From an uncultured Chlamydiae bacterium (GTDB lineage: Bacteria > Chlamydiota > Chlamydiia > Chlamydiales > Parachlamydiaceae): DNA of 64,000 nt. Below the pieces are notes generated by a model. That model did not search any database. It was given only the letters and a program-made list of their open reading frames with translations, and was not told the DNA's origin. Position 1 is the first letter of the stretch, and each line of letters starts with the position of its first letter. Below are positions 10,537-20,282 of the stretch, in pieces. Where the stretch lies: contig CAVWGN010000001.1 in NCBI GenBank assembly GCA_963754655.1, forward strand, positions 2,112,001 through 2,176,000, written 5' to 3'. The translations under genes and the position numbers were made by a program.

Positions 10537-10755
10537 CCCATTTTTCTCCAATCGGCTGAATTAAGTCGCCTTTAATATGAGCTGTGCCTTTCATTTTTCC
10601 AAATAATAAAGAACTATTTTCTTCTTCAAGGGGAACCACTTTAGCAATTGGTTTATTTCGTTTTGTTATGATTATGCTATATTTTTTGCTTGGACATCAT
10701 CCATGATTTTAAGACATTCAGCTTTAAATTTACCTAATTGAATCATCCGTTTCAT
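10523..10755 (-). pseudogene. Phd/YefM family antitoxin, frameshifted
   Basis: MKRMIQLGKFKAECLKIMDDVQAK, then a 1-nt deletion in an A run near 10685, then YSIIITKRNKPIAKVVPLEE...FGKMKGTAHIKGDLIQPIGEKWDACL*. Confidence 0.75.
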
Positions 10756-10868
10756 CTTTTTCACCTTTTATGTTGTACATAGTCATTTTTACCATGGTTA
10801 TGATTTTATTAGTAATTGACGGAGAATACTGACACACAATTGACCTCTTCTTAAGATGCAAAATTTTC

Positions 10869-11339
10869 TCAAAATTTGATTGAACCATTCATCAGTTTAT
10901 TAAGAGAATCGGTAAATTGCTTCACATTTTTTGGTCCAAACGGGGGTTGACCCCCTGTAATTGACCCGGCATCATAAAATTCTTTCATAAAATCGCGCAT
11001 CGATAAAATCGAACCAATTGTATTTTCAGTATAAATTTCCCCGCGCGGGTTGAGAGCAATAGCCTTTTTTTTCAAAACTTTTGCTGCTAAAGGAATATCT
11101 GACGTAATCACAATATCATGAATTTCGACTTGTTCCTCAATCAGTTGATCAGCGGCATCGAACTCTTTTTGTACAATTATTAACTGTACAAGATCTTGAC
11201 AAGGAATATTTTGATAACTATTTGCAACAAGTATGACCTTTATATTCAAACGTTGACTGACTTTATAAACGATTTCTTTAATGATTTTAGGGCATGCATC
11301 GGCATCAATCCAAATTTTATTAGGCCTAAATTTAGGCAT
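10869..11339 (-). CDS. yaiI: YaiI/YqxD (UPF0178) family protein
   Basis: IWIDADACP, DAAD, DIVITSDIPLAA, LNPRGEIYT motifs. Confidence 0.9.
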   Translation of the reverse strand: MPKFRPNKIWIDADACPKIIKEIVYKVSQRLNIKVILVANSYQNIPCQDLVQLIIVQKEFDAADQLIEEQVEIHDIVITSDIPLAAKVLKKKAIALNPRGEIYTENTIGSILSMRDFMKEFYDAGSITGGQPPFGPKNVKQFTDSLNKLMNGSIKF

Positions 11340-11430
11340 TTTTCTTATTCCTTTAATTGTTCAATCTTAACAAATTAAATCCGAGATTATTCAGGTTAAA
11401 ATCAATTTATCTGCCAATACTAACTGAGTA

Positions 11431-12336
11431 TTATACCAAAAGAGACTCAATTTCTTGAATCATGGATTGAGAGAGGTTAAAATTAAAAATATCTAAATCT
11501 TGTTTCATATGGACTTCAGAGCAAGCACCAATTAAGGGAATAATTCCTATTTGAGTAAGAAATCGAAAAAAAATTTGGGCTTCAGTTTTTTTAAATTCAT
11601 GCGCAATCCTTCTCAATAGCTTATGGGCGAGGAGATCGGGATTTGCTGTCAACGTCCAAAAACTTTGGTAGATAATATTCTTGTCGTGGCACCACTTGCG
11701 TAGCATTCTATCATAATTGGTTTGTCTATAAAAGCGATTTTGTACGACAGCCGGTTTAACAAAAGCATTTTTATATAATATTTTCAAAACTTCAAGATCA
11801 TAACAATTGCTAATCCCAAGTAGCTTTGTTTCTTGCTGCTTATAAATATATTCCATAGCTTGCCAAACAACCATTAATTTTTCGATATTGTCCAAAGGAG
11901 AATGCAAGACCAAAGAGTCCACATAACTTACCTTCAGGTTTTTCTTAGAAACTTCAAACGATTGAATCACTTGTTCAGCAAGAGAAGCATTTTTATCATA
12001 AGGGATAGAAAGTGGGTCTTGACCGCTTAGAGGAGTAAATTTAGTTTGTATAAATAAATTTTCGCGTTGGATTCCATCCTCTGCGAGTGCATAAAGTGCT
12101 TCTCCCACGCCTGCTTCATTGTAGTGCTTTGGTTGACAAGCAGTGTCAATTCCTCTAAAGCCATGCTTGATTGCTTGAGTAACTAAAGCAGCAGTTCTCT
12201 CTCCTTTCCATGCTGTTCCATAAATCATATATGGCATACTAACGCCCGATAGGATTGTGGCATTTTCCAATCTAAACCTCTCAATTAAGAATAAAGGAAT
12301 ATGTGTAAAAGTATAAAAATGCAATCCAACAAACAT
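11431..12336 (-). CDS. Aldo/keto reductase
   Basis: YGTAWK, GFRGIDTACQPKHYNE, FIQTKF, DSLVLHSP, LGISN. The true start may be somewhat downstream of 12336. Confidence 0.88.
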   Translation of the reverse strand: MFVGLHFYTFTHIPLFLIERFRLENATILSGVSMPYMIYGTAWKGERTAALVTQAIKHGFRGIDTACQPKHYNEAGVGEALYALAEDGIQRENLFIQTKFTPLSGQDPLSIPYDKNASLAEQVIQSFEVSKKNLKVSYVDSLVLHSPLDNIEKLMVVWQAMEYIYKQQETKLLGISNCYDLEVLKILYKNAFVKPAVVQNRFYRQTNYDRMLRKWCHDKNIIYQSFWTLTANPDLLAHKLLRRIAHEFKKTEAQIFFRFLTQIGIIPLIGACSEVHMKQDLDIFNFNLSQSMIQEIESLLV

Positions 12337-12421
12337 TAGATTAAAGAATACGAAATTGCAATTGAAAATAATGAGTTGCTTTTTTCCTTCAAGAAAAATT
12401 TTACTAAATATGTTAAGGGGT

Positions 12422-12738
12422 GTGTGATTAAATCTGGGAGTTTATATTTGTAAGCAGATCCATACGAAATGGTAGAGCGGCGGTAGCCGCTTTCAGTGGG
12501 AAGCCCCGTATGAAGCGAGCTTGCGAGTGGAATGCGGGGTGTAGGCAAGATAGCATTGAGCTGCGGAAGCAGCGTAAGATCACTCACACCGCTTCCGCGG
12601 TTTATATTTTATTGATGCCCACCCCGCATTCCGCTCGCAAGCTCGCTTCATACGGGGCTTCCCACTGAAAGCGGCTACCGCCGCTCTACCCTTTCGTATC
12701 GATCTGCTAAAAATATAAACGCCCAGATTTAATCACAC
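12422..12738. mobile_element. ~317-bp palindromic MITE-like element (copy A)
   Basis: GTGTGATTAAATCTGG...CCAGATTTAATCACAC termini and ~120-bp inverted arms; a near-identical partial copy lies at 51045-51310. Confidence 0.85.
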
Positions 12739-12916
12739 CCGTGTTAAGGATTTCAATTAATATTTCTTGACGAGATTAACTCCATAGTGAAATGTAAGGA
12801 AAAGAATCAGCTGAGTTTTGGATGAGTAGTTAAACTACTACTATTCGTTTACATGAGTTATTGCCTACTGGGAGTACTACGCGTTAATTTTCGAACAGAC
12901 AAAGGGAGGAAAAAAG

Positions 12917-13072
12917 ATGTTAAGCACTATTTTAATCATTATTTTGATTTTAATTCTGGTAGGAGCGCTTCCTCGTTGGGGACATAGTGCTCATTGGGGA
13001 TATGGCCCTAGTGGAGTTGTGGGACTGATTTTAATTATTCTCATCATTTTAGTGTTATTAGGAAGAATTTAA
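12917..13072 (+). CDS. DUF3309-like small membrane protein (51 aa)
   Basis: Manual translation MLSTILIIILILILVGALPRWGHSAHWGYGPSGVVGLILIILIILVLLGRI*, with a strong GGGAGG SD; below the ORF-track cutoff. Confidence 0.85.
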   Translation: MLSTILIIILILILVGALPRWGHSAHWGYGPSGVVGLILIILIILVLLGRI

Positions 13073-13125
13073 TAGTCTCGCTTTAATTTGTGTCCGATGC
13101 CTTTAGAAAATGCAAGGGAGTAAGG

Positions 13126-14796
13126 ATGGGGCCTGAAAATCATAAGCTTACTATTGGCCAATATTTATTAGATCGGCTTTATGCTTATGGAATCAGGCAC
13201 ATTTTTGGGGTGCCCGGAGATTACGTCCTTCGCTTCGACAAGCTAATTGAAGAGCATCCTCATATTCAATTTATTAACACTATAAGGGAAGATACTGCTG
13301 GTTATGCAGCGGATGCTTATGCGCGCCTGCGGGGATTAGGTGCTGCTTGTATCACGTATGGTGTAGGAATGAATATCACCAATTCCCTTGCTCAAGCTTA
13401 TGTCGAGAGCTCTCCCCTTGTTGTGATTTCCGGTGCAGTGGGAATTGAAGAATTTAAGAAACATTCTACTATGCATCATTTAATTAATAAATCAATGACC
13501 GCTCATGGAGATCGCACTCAACTTGAAATTTTCAAAAATGTGACCATCGAGCAAGGAATATTGGACTCCCCTCATACAGCGGCTGAAATAATTGATCGTG
13601 TTCTCAATGCTTGCTTGCTGCATAAAAAACCTGTTTATTTAGAAATTCCACGCGATCGAGTTGATCAAGTTCTTCCTTCTATCCCCACTTCTTCTCCTTT
13701 TCACACTTTCTCAACTGATTCTAACACATTAAAAGAAGCTTTAAGAGAAACACAAGATATTTTATCCAAATGCCGCTATCCACTCATTTGGGCTGGCCAT
13801 GAAATTCTGCGTTTTGGCTTGAGTCAAGATCTTTTACAATTTGCAGAACAACATCATATTCCAATTGTTTCTTCAAGATTAGGTAAAACAGTTGTTGATG
13901 AGCATCATCCTCTCTTTGTAGGTGTTTATCAAGGTGAAATGAGTCTTGCTGAAGTGTCAAATGTGGTGCATAAATGTGATTGTTTGATTGCAACAGGCAT
14001 TATTTTGAATGATCTTGATACAGGAATCTTTACAGCCAAGTTAGATCAAGAGCATTTCATCTTAGCTAATCAAGATTTATTAACTATTGATTGCCATCAC
14101 TATCACAAGATGAGTTTGAACGATTATATCAAAGGCTTAAATACGCTTCATTTACCTCAAACCTTTTATTCTTATGATATCCCCCAAAAGCGTTTGCCTA
14201 AAAAGTTTGAAGCTATTCCAGAAGCAAAAACGACGACCAAGCGTGTTTTCGAATGTCTTCAAACTTATTTCACTTCCGATCACATCATGATCTCTGATGT
14301 GGGAGACTGTCTGTTCGCTAGTTCTGATTTTGTTTTACATCATAACTCTTTTATTGCTTGTGCTTACTTCGCTAGCTTAGGATTTGGCATTCCTGCTGCC
14401 ATTGGAGCACAGTTAGCCGATCCCAATCGACGCGTCATTGCCCTTATTGGAGATGGTGGATTTCAAATGACAGCCATGGAGTTATCTGCAGCTATTCGCT
14501 ATCACTTGGATCCCATTGTAATTGTCTTAAACAACCATGGATATGGAACGGAAAGAGTCCTTCTCGACGGCAGTTACAATGATATTGTGAATTGGAACTA
14601 TACAGAAATTCCTAAAGTCTTAGGTGGAGGCATTGGAATCAAAGCAACAACTGAGCAAGCATTTGATGAGGCTCTTAATCAAGCCTTTATCAGCCGCGGA
14701 GCCTTTTACGTTATTGAGGTTGAATTGGAAAAACAAGATTTTTCTCCAGCCTTAAATCGCTTAGGAGAATTATTAGGTAAGATTGTCAAATCTTAA
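13126..14796 (+). CDS. ThDP-dependent alpha-keto acid (indolepyruvate/pyruvate) decarboxylase family
   Basis: IFGVPGDY, AGYAADAYAR, ThDP-binding GDGGFQMT...LNNHGYGTER. Start placed at MGPENH; the ORF track gives 13090. Confidence 0.9.
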   Translation: MGPENHKLTIGQYLLDRLYAYGIRHIFGVPGDYVLRFDKLIEEHPHIQFINTIREDTAGYAADAYARLRGLGAACITYGVGMNITNSLAQAYVESSPLVVISGAVGIEEFKKHSTMHHLINKSMTAHGDRTQLEIFKNVTIEQGILDSPHTAAEIIDRVLNACLLHKKPVYLEIPRDRVDQVLPSIPTSSPFHTFSTDSNTLKEALRETQDILSKCRYPLIWAGHEILRFGLSQDLLQFAEQHHIPIVSSRLGKTVVDEHHPLFVGVYQGEMSLAEVSNVVHKCDCLIATGIILNDLDTGIFTAKLDQEHFILANQDLLTIDCHHYHKMSLNDYIKGLNTLHLPQTFYSYDIPQKRLPKKFEAIPEAKTTTKRVFECLQTYFTSDHIMISDVGDCLFASSDFVLHHNSFIACAYFASLGFGIPAAIGAQLADPNRRVIALIGDGGFQMTAMELSAAIRYHLDPIVIVLNNHGYGTERVLLDGSYNDIVNWNYTEIPKVLGGGIGIKATTEQAFDEALNQAFISRGAFYVIEVELEKQDFSPALNRLGELLGKIVKS

Positions 14797-14974
14797 AACC
14801 CTGGTTCTCAGAATCTTCAAAATTTTTAATCTTATTGATAACATCATTGTTGGATAAACTTTAATTAAATTCCATTGAAATTAAAATATTTAAATTACAA
14901 CTACTTAATTATTTTTGATATAATTATATATAGTTATATAGATAGTTCATTTTTCATTTATTAAAGAGGAAACT

Positions 14975-16045
14975 ATGAGAAATTTATCATTAATTCTTCG
15001 TGAAATCCAAATAGAAGGCTATGAACAGGTTGTTGAAATTAAAAAAGAGGAAGTAGGTTTGCATGGCATTATCGCGATTCACAGTACTCGCTTAGGTCCA
15101 GCTTGCGGTGGCATTCGCGCTTATCCCTACTCTTCATTTGAACAGGCTTTGACAGATGTGTTGCGTCTAGCAAAGGGAATGACGTATAAATCAGCTATTG
15201 CACAAACAAAAACAGGAGGAGCAAAAAGCATCTTAATATTAGATAAAGCACATCCAAAATCAAAAGAAATGCTATTTGCTTTCGGTGAAGCGATGAACTA
15301 TTTTCAAGGCAGGTATTTTGGAGGTGAAGATATGGGCATTACCTCAGCCGACCTCGCTATTCTGCGCCAAGCAACTCCTTATGTCGTTGGATTAGAAATG
15401 CCTGGAAGTAGTGGTGATCCCTCTTTTTTTACTGCGTGGGGCGGATTTAGAGGCATTCAGGCAGTGTGTCAAAAATTATGGGGAAGTCCTTCAGTTCAAG
15501 GTAAAACAATTGCCGTGCAAGGACTAGGAGCTGTAGGCATGAAACTTATTCAACATCTTTTTTGGGAAGGGGCTAAGTTGATTGTGACTGATATTAATTC
15601 ACTTTTAGTTGAAGAGGCTGTGCATCACTGGGGGGCTAAAAAAGTTTCCGCAGACCAGATTTATCAAGTGAATTGTGATATTTTTTCTCCTTGTGCAATT
15701 GGAGGCATACTGAATTCAGAAACAATTCCACAATTGAAATGTCGCGCTATTGCTGGCATTGCAAACAATCAACTTGTGACAGATGAAGATGGAGAGAGAT
15801 TGATCAATAGAAAGATTTTATATGCTCCTGACTTTGTCATTAATGCTGGAGGGTTAATTAACATTTCAAGTGAAATTGGAAGGCAAAAATATGATCCTAA
15901 ACTTGCGCGTGATCGTATTGATCATCTCTATGAACTTTTACTTTCTATTTTTGATCAAGCCGACAAAGATAGAAAGTCCCCTCATCGTGTGGCTGTTGAA
16001 ATGGCAGAGTATTACTTGAAAGAACCTATAAGAAAAACTGGTTAA
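14975..16045 (+). CDS. ldh: Leu/Phe/Val dehydrogenase
   Basis: IAIHSTRLGPACGGIR, LRLAKGMTYKSA, GDPS, VQGLGAVG, ANNQL, YAPDFVINAGG. Confidence 0.92.
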   Translation: MRNLSLILREIQIEGYEQVVEIKKEEVGLHGIIAIHSTRLGPACGGIRAYPYSSFEQALTDVLRLAKGMTYKSAIAQTKTGGAKSILILDKAHPKSKEMLFAFGEAMNYFQGRYFGGEDMGITSADLAILRQATPYVVGLEMPGSSGDPSFFTAWGGFRGIQAVCQKLWGSPSVQGKTIAVQGLGAVGMKLIQHLFWEGAKLIVTDINSLLVEEAVHHWGAKKVSADQIYQVNCDIFSPCAIGGILNSETIPQLKCRAIAGIANNQLVTDEDGERLINRKILYAPDFVINAGGLINISSEIGRQKYDPKLARDRIDHLYELLLSIFDQADKDRKSPHRVAVEMAEYYLKEPIRKTG

Positions 16046-16208
16046 CTTTACCTATTATTTGCTCTATTTATTTTAATTAATTAAATTTATAAATTTTTTG
16101 ATAAAATGGGTTTTTTATAAAAAACTAGATTTTAAACTAATTAATTTAGTAGAATATATAATTAAATCTTAACAGCAATATTTTTTTTAATCATATTTAA
16201 GGAATGCA

Positions 16209-16754
16209 ATGCAAAATAAGACATTGTTTAATGGTTGTTCTATTTCTTATTCACAGTTTTTACAATCTAAAGAGCAAGCTATCCATAGCTTAAGGTTGAC
16301 AGAAGCCAAGAATTTCTTGATAGATATTGAATTTTTTAGGCGGTCCATTTCTGTGCCTGATCAAAACCTATATGCAAAAAAAAAGCGGCAAAACAAGGCT
16401 TATCGCAGCACTTTCTTTGGCTTCAGTTTGATATTTTTAATTTTGAGTATCATCATTTTTTATAAAACAGCCAATTTTACTTGCGGATATTACTTTAAAA
16501 ATTGTTTGATTATCAAAAACTGCATTAATTGTATTAGCCTTTTGCTGGCAGGAGGAGCTTTTGCCCTGGGATATAAGATTTATCCTAAGAAGGAGATTGT
16601 TCATGATTTAATTGGTAAAGGAGAAAAAGAACTTACCTTTCCAGCTAAGCAGTGGCAAATTGAATTTAATGCCATCATTGCCCATTTATCTAAAGAATGG
16701 ATAACTCCTCACAAACGCTTTGGATTAATAAAACGCTTAGATAAAGTCATCTAA
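16209..16754 (+). CDS. Hypothetical two-TM membrane protein
   Basis: 181-aa ORF with AAGGA SD and two hydrophobic segments. Confidence 0.65.
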   Translation: MQNKTLFNGCSISYSQFLQSKEQAIHSLRLTEAKNFLIDIEFFRRSISVPDQNLYAKKKRQNKAYRSTFFGFSLIFLILSIIIFYKTANFTCGYYFKNCLIIKNCINCISLLLAGGAFALGYKIYPKKEIVHDLIGKGEKELTFPAKQWQIEFNAIIAHLSKEWITPHKRFGLIKRLDKVI

Positions 16755-16759
16755 AAAAA

Positions 16760-16791
16760 CAGAAAAAACTAGCGGCGGTTACCCGTGCTAA
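16760..16791 (-). terminator. Intrinsic terminator downstream of the DUF948/YtxH operon
   Basis: Minus strand reads TAGCACGG-GTAA-CCGCCGCTAG followed by TTTTTTCTGTTTTTT. Confidence 0.5.
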
Positions 16792-16977
16792 TAATAACCA
16801 TGGGTACAGGCAAGGCCGGAACCCATGGTTGAGTATCAACCTTCTTTTAATCCAAAGAGTTGCGTAGGAAGGGCTTCCTATGCCCAGTTCATACCAGCTA
16901 ACCCTCTTAGAAAGAGGATGCTAGGACGCTAGCATTTTGCAAACACGCCCTACGCACTCCAAGAACATGAGAAACGA

Positions 16978-17535
16978 TTATGTTGCTGTCGCTTCACTCG
17001 CGCCCTTTTCAGAAGCTGTTGCTGCTTGTTTGAGAGCAGCACTTGCCGTGCGCCGACGAGTAGGTAATTTTTTCTTGGCAGCCACTTTATGGGGCTTATG
17101 TTCTTCTGTTTTTGCAGTTACCTTGCGAGAAGCAGCACCTTTAGTAGAGCGCTCACCCTTTTTACGCGAAACAGATTGACGAGCTGCAGTCTTGCGAGAA
17201 GCTGAGCGTTTTCCATGCTCTCCCTGATTTGAAAAAGGATGAGAGAGATCTTTAATAAGCTCGGCTCCGGATTTGGGAGCAAGCAACAAGGCTGCTGCTG
17301 CACCTATCAATCCACCAGCGACTCCTCCTAATACCATCTTCTTATTCATGATTTCCCCCTTTTCGAGCACTTGCTGCGCAACATCCTTTGCTTGATCTGT
17401 CCATCCTTGGACTGTACGACTAGAGTGCCTGAGAGCTGATAAAGTTCCTAAAATACCCGCTACTACAGCCGCACCAATGTATAGTCCTGGATTGTGATTT
17501 TCCTTTGTCATAGAAGTTCTCCTATTTTCTATCAT
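16978..17535 (-). CDS. YtxH-domain protein with a Lys/Arg/Ala-rich histone-like tail
   Basis: GGLIGAAAALLLAPKSGAEL YtxH motif, then ASRKTAARQSVSRKK...VAAKKKLPTRRR. Confidence 0.75.
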   Translation of the reverse strand: MIENRRTSMTKENHNPGLYIGAAVVAGILGTLSALRHSSRTVQGWTDQAKDVAQQVLEKGEIMNKKMVLGGVAGGLIGAAAALLLAPKSGAELIKDLSHPFSNQGEHGKRSASRKTAARQSVSRKKGERSTKGAASRKVTAKTEEHKPHKVAAKKKLPTRRRTASAALKQAATASEKGASEATAT

Positions 17536-17537
17536 CC

Positions 17538-18215
17538 TTATCGTCTAGATTGAATGCCCCGCCACAAGCGATAACCCAACTGAGCCCAATCCATCATCTC
17601 ATTCGCACGCTTATTTTTTACTAAGCCTTTGGCTTGTTCAATCCAATCCTCGCCCTTTTCCTGCGCTCCATCTGTCAAATCATCGATAATATCTTGGGCA
17701 AGTGACAGCCATTTATTGGCTTTTGAACTCGCTGCTTTCGCAAATGATTTTCCTTTCTGGGTCACATCATCTGCAAAATCTTGCGTTCTGTCACTCATAT
17801 CCTCATAAGTATCCGCAAGATCCTGGCGTAGTTCTTCTCCTGATTTAGGAGCGAGTAGAAGACCTACAGCTGCTCCTACGATTCCTCCAACTAGACCTCC
17901 TATGAGTAAATCGCTAGTCGTTTCTTCCTCATCTTCTGATGTCCAGCTTTTAACCGTTTTTTTTGCACCGTCCACCGCAGATTTTGCTTTATTGGTCCAA
18001 TCGCATGTTTGGCAACCAAAGCTTTTAGCTAAAGATTTGCCTCTACTAGCTAAATCTTGTGTTTTATCAGTTAAACAATTATAGGCATCACAAATTTCCT
18101 CACGAAGCTTTTTTCCAGCTTTGGGAGCAATGAGCAAAGCGGCCACACTTCCTAACAAACTTCCTACTGCTGCACCAATAACAAATTCTTTGGTATGCAA
18201 ATGATATTGTCTCAT
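17538..18215 (-). CDS. Tandem YtxH-domain protein
   Basis: Two YtxH motifs (ALLIAPKAGKKLREEI; GLLLAPKSGEELRQDL). Confidence 0.85.
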   Translation of the reverse strand: MRQYHLHTKEFVIGAAVGSLLGSVAALLIAPKAGKKLREEICDAYNCLTDKTQDLASRGKSLAKSFGCQTCDWTNKAKSAVDGAKKTVKSWTSEDEEETTSDLLIGGLVGGIVGAAVGLLLAPKSGEELRQDLADTYEDMSDRTQDFADDVTQKGKSFAKAASSKANKWLSLAQDIIDDLTDGAQEKGEDWIEQAKGLVKNKRANEMMDWAQLGYRLWRGIQSRR

Positions 18216-18218
18216 GAT

Positions 18219-18668
18219 TTATCTCCTTTTCTTAGTTTTTTGCCATAAACGGAGGCCTATGCTGGCTAATTCGAGTATAGCTGCAACTGTTATCAATCCC
18301 CTTTCAGAGATCTTTTTTTTTTCTTCAGACTCAACGCTTGAGAGATGACTCTCTTCAGGCATAGAAGCAAATGCTTCTTTTTTAAGAGTTAATGATTTGT
18401 GTTCTAAAATCTCCCCTACATGGGATACTGCATTGAAAATGGGAGTCAAAGCAGCAACTTTTTGCTTAAAATCGACACTCAGTTGATTCGTATGTTCAAC
18501 AGCTTTTTGTGCCTGCTCCCCCACTTCACTAAGCTGTTTGCGTGTCTCCACAAGGGTTTGATTGACCTGACCCATTGTCATTCGTAATGCTTTTATCAGG
18601 GTAATGAAATACAGGACAAGAACAACAAAAGCAATTGCAATCACAGCTACACTTATATCAATAATCAT
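18219..18668 (-). CDS. DUF948 (YoxC/YtxG-like) protein
   Basis: ISVAVIAIAFVVLVLYFI N-terminal TM followed by a coiled coil; directly upstream of the ytxH-like genes. Confidence 0.8.
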   Translation of the reverse strand: MIIDISVAVIAIAFVVLVLYFITLIKALRMTMGQVNQTLVETRKQLSEVGEQAQKAVEHTNQLSVDFKQKVAALTPIFNAVSHVGEILEHKSLTLKKEAFASMPEESHLSSVESEEKKKISERGLITVAAILELASIGLRLWQKTKKRR

Positions 18669-19021
18669 GCCATCCCCCCTTTTAGCTCTTAGAAGTTAGT
18701 AACAAAGACAAAATGGCTTTGTTTATTCCTCAAGCTGATTTGACACCACCTGACTTTTCAATCATTTTCCTTTATCACTAGGAATGAATTGCCAATGCAA
18801 ACTAACAAAATGAAATTTTATGGGCTATCTTTATTATAAAGACAATTTAACATTAAATTCAAACGAGAGCAATTTAAAATGAAGGAATTACCAATGCACG
18901 CTCTGTTTTTTTATAAAATCTAACTTCAATGAAATTTTGAAACTGTCTTAAAATAAGTAACATATAGCAATCAAAAAACAGAAAAGAGACCAAAAACAGT
19001 TGTTTTGCTAAATTTCAAAAA

Positions 19022-19465
19022 CTATTTAATTTTGACATAAACTAATTGCGAATCTTGTTCAGATTGACGCCAAGCATAGCATAAGCATGCCATCATGCAA
19101 ACACATGCACAAGCGGAGAGCATGGGAAGAGTAATGGGTCCCATTCCAATATTCATGTTCTCAAGGCAGCTAGGACCGGTTTGACAAAACGCAATGACTT
19201 CCAAAGCGGGATTTGCTTGTATAGCAACTTGATAGACAGCCAAGAGGCAACCTAAACAAATCTGAGGAAGGACATAAGGAATCACGGTGTAACAATTAGT
19301 CCAAATTGCCATCCCAAGGATTAACACAAGGGGATATAGGCAAACACGTTGCAACCAACAAAGATTGCAAGTTTCAACATTAAATCCTTCAGTTAAGTAA
19401 AGGCTACCAAATGTACTTAGGCAAGCCACCAGCCAAGCTGCACATAATCCACAGAATTCTTTCAT
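19022..19465 (-). CDS. dsbB: Disulfide bond formation protein B (BdbC-like)
   Basis: GSLYLTE, CNLCWLQRVCLYPL, second Cys pair CQTGPSC, ITLPMLS. Confidence 0.88.
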   Translation of the reverse strand: MKEFCGLCAAWLVACLSTFGSLYLTEGFNVETCNLCWLQRVCLYPLVLILGMAIWTNCYTVIPYVLPQICLGCLLAVYQVAIQANPALEVIAFCQTGPSCLENMNIGMGPITLPMLSACACVCMMACLCYAWRQSEQDSQLVYVKIK

Positions 19466-19584
19466 TTTTTGCTCCTTTAAAAGATATTAATATCTACATC
19501 TTATATTTCTTCTATATCTCATATTCTTCTATGCACGTAAATAAAAATTTAATAAACTTAGGCATCAAGCTAAGAGAAGCCAAT

Positions 19585-20277
19585 ATGACAATCGATACTC
19601 CCTCAAAATGGCTTTATCCTTCCTCGTTGAAAGAAGCCGAACAGGTTCAGCATGAAATAGCTGAGCGTATTATTTTAACGGATGATTTTTCTCTTTCTCA
19701 CTTCATTGGCGGCATGGATGTCAGTAATAATTTATATGATACAAACATTTATGCTTCAGCGGTTGTATTGGATAAGCAAACATTGCAATTAACAAATGAG
19801 GCAGCAGTTGCTCAATCGCAATCCTTTCCCTATATTCCAGGATTTTTGGGATTTCGAGAAGCGCCTGCTTTAGTCACAGCTTTTAAACAATTGACCCAGC
19901 AACCAGAAATCATTCTGGTAGATGGACATGGAATTAGTCATCCAAGGCGATTAGGAATTGCTACTCATTTAGGGGTTTTATTGGACATTCCGACAATTGG
20001 TGTTGCTAAATCTGTGTTAGTTGGCCATCCTGCGGGTCCATTAGGAAATGCAAAAGGAGATACAGTTCCCCTTGTATGGAAAGGGGAGCAAATTGGAATT
20101 TTCTTACGAACTAAAGTACGTTGCAATCCAGTCATTATTTCTACAGGTCATCGGGTTTCTTTGCAAAGCGCCTTAGAAATTGTTTTGAAATGTTTGACAC
20201 GTTATCGTCTGCCTGAACCCACCCGACAAGCTCATTTGGCTGCAAACCATTGCCGCAGGGAAGCTAAATCATCATAA
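19585..20277 (+). CDS. nfi: Endonuclease V (deoxyinosine 3' endonuclease)
   Basis: IGGMDVS, FPYIPGFLGFRE, VDGHGISHPRRLGIA, TIGVAKS, RLPEPTRQAH. Start placed at MTIDTP. Confidence 0.93.
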   Translation: MTIDTPSKWLYPSSLKEAEQVQHEIAERIILTDDFSLSHFIGGMDVSNNLYDTNIYASAVVLDKQTLQLTNEAAVAQSQSFPYIPGFLGFREAPALVTAFKQLTQQPEIILVDGHGISHPRRLGIATHLGVLLDIPTIGVAKSVLVGHPAGPLGNAKGDTVPLVWKGEQIGIFLRTKVRCNPVIISTGHRVSLQSALEIVLKCLTRYRLPEPTRQAHLAANHCRREAKSS

Positions 20278-20282
20278 GCATG

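Noticed and set aside
12336..12587. 83-aa ORF, and the related N-terminus of 50793-51158
   Set aside because: Read-through of MITE sequence, not a gene.
19411..19584. N-terminal extension of endonuclease V in the ORF track
   Set aside because: It overlaps the divergent dsbB start and AT-rich promoter DNA; homology begins near 19585.
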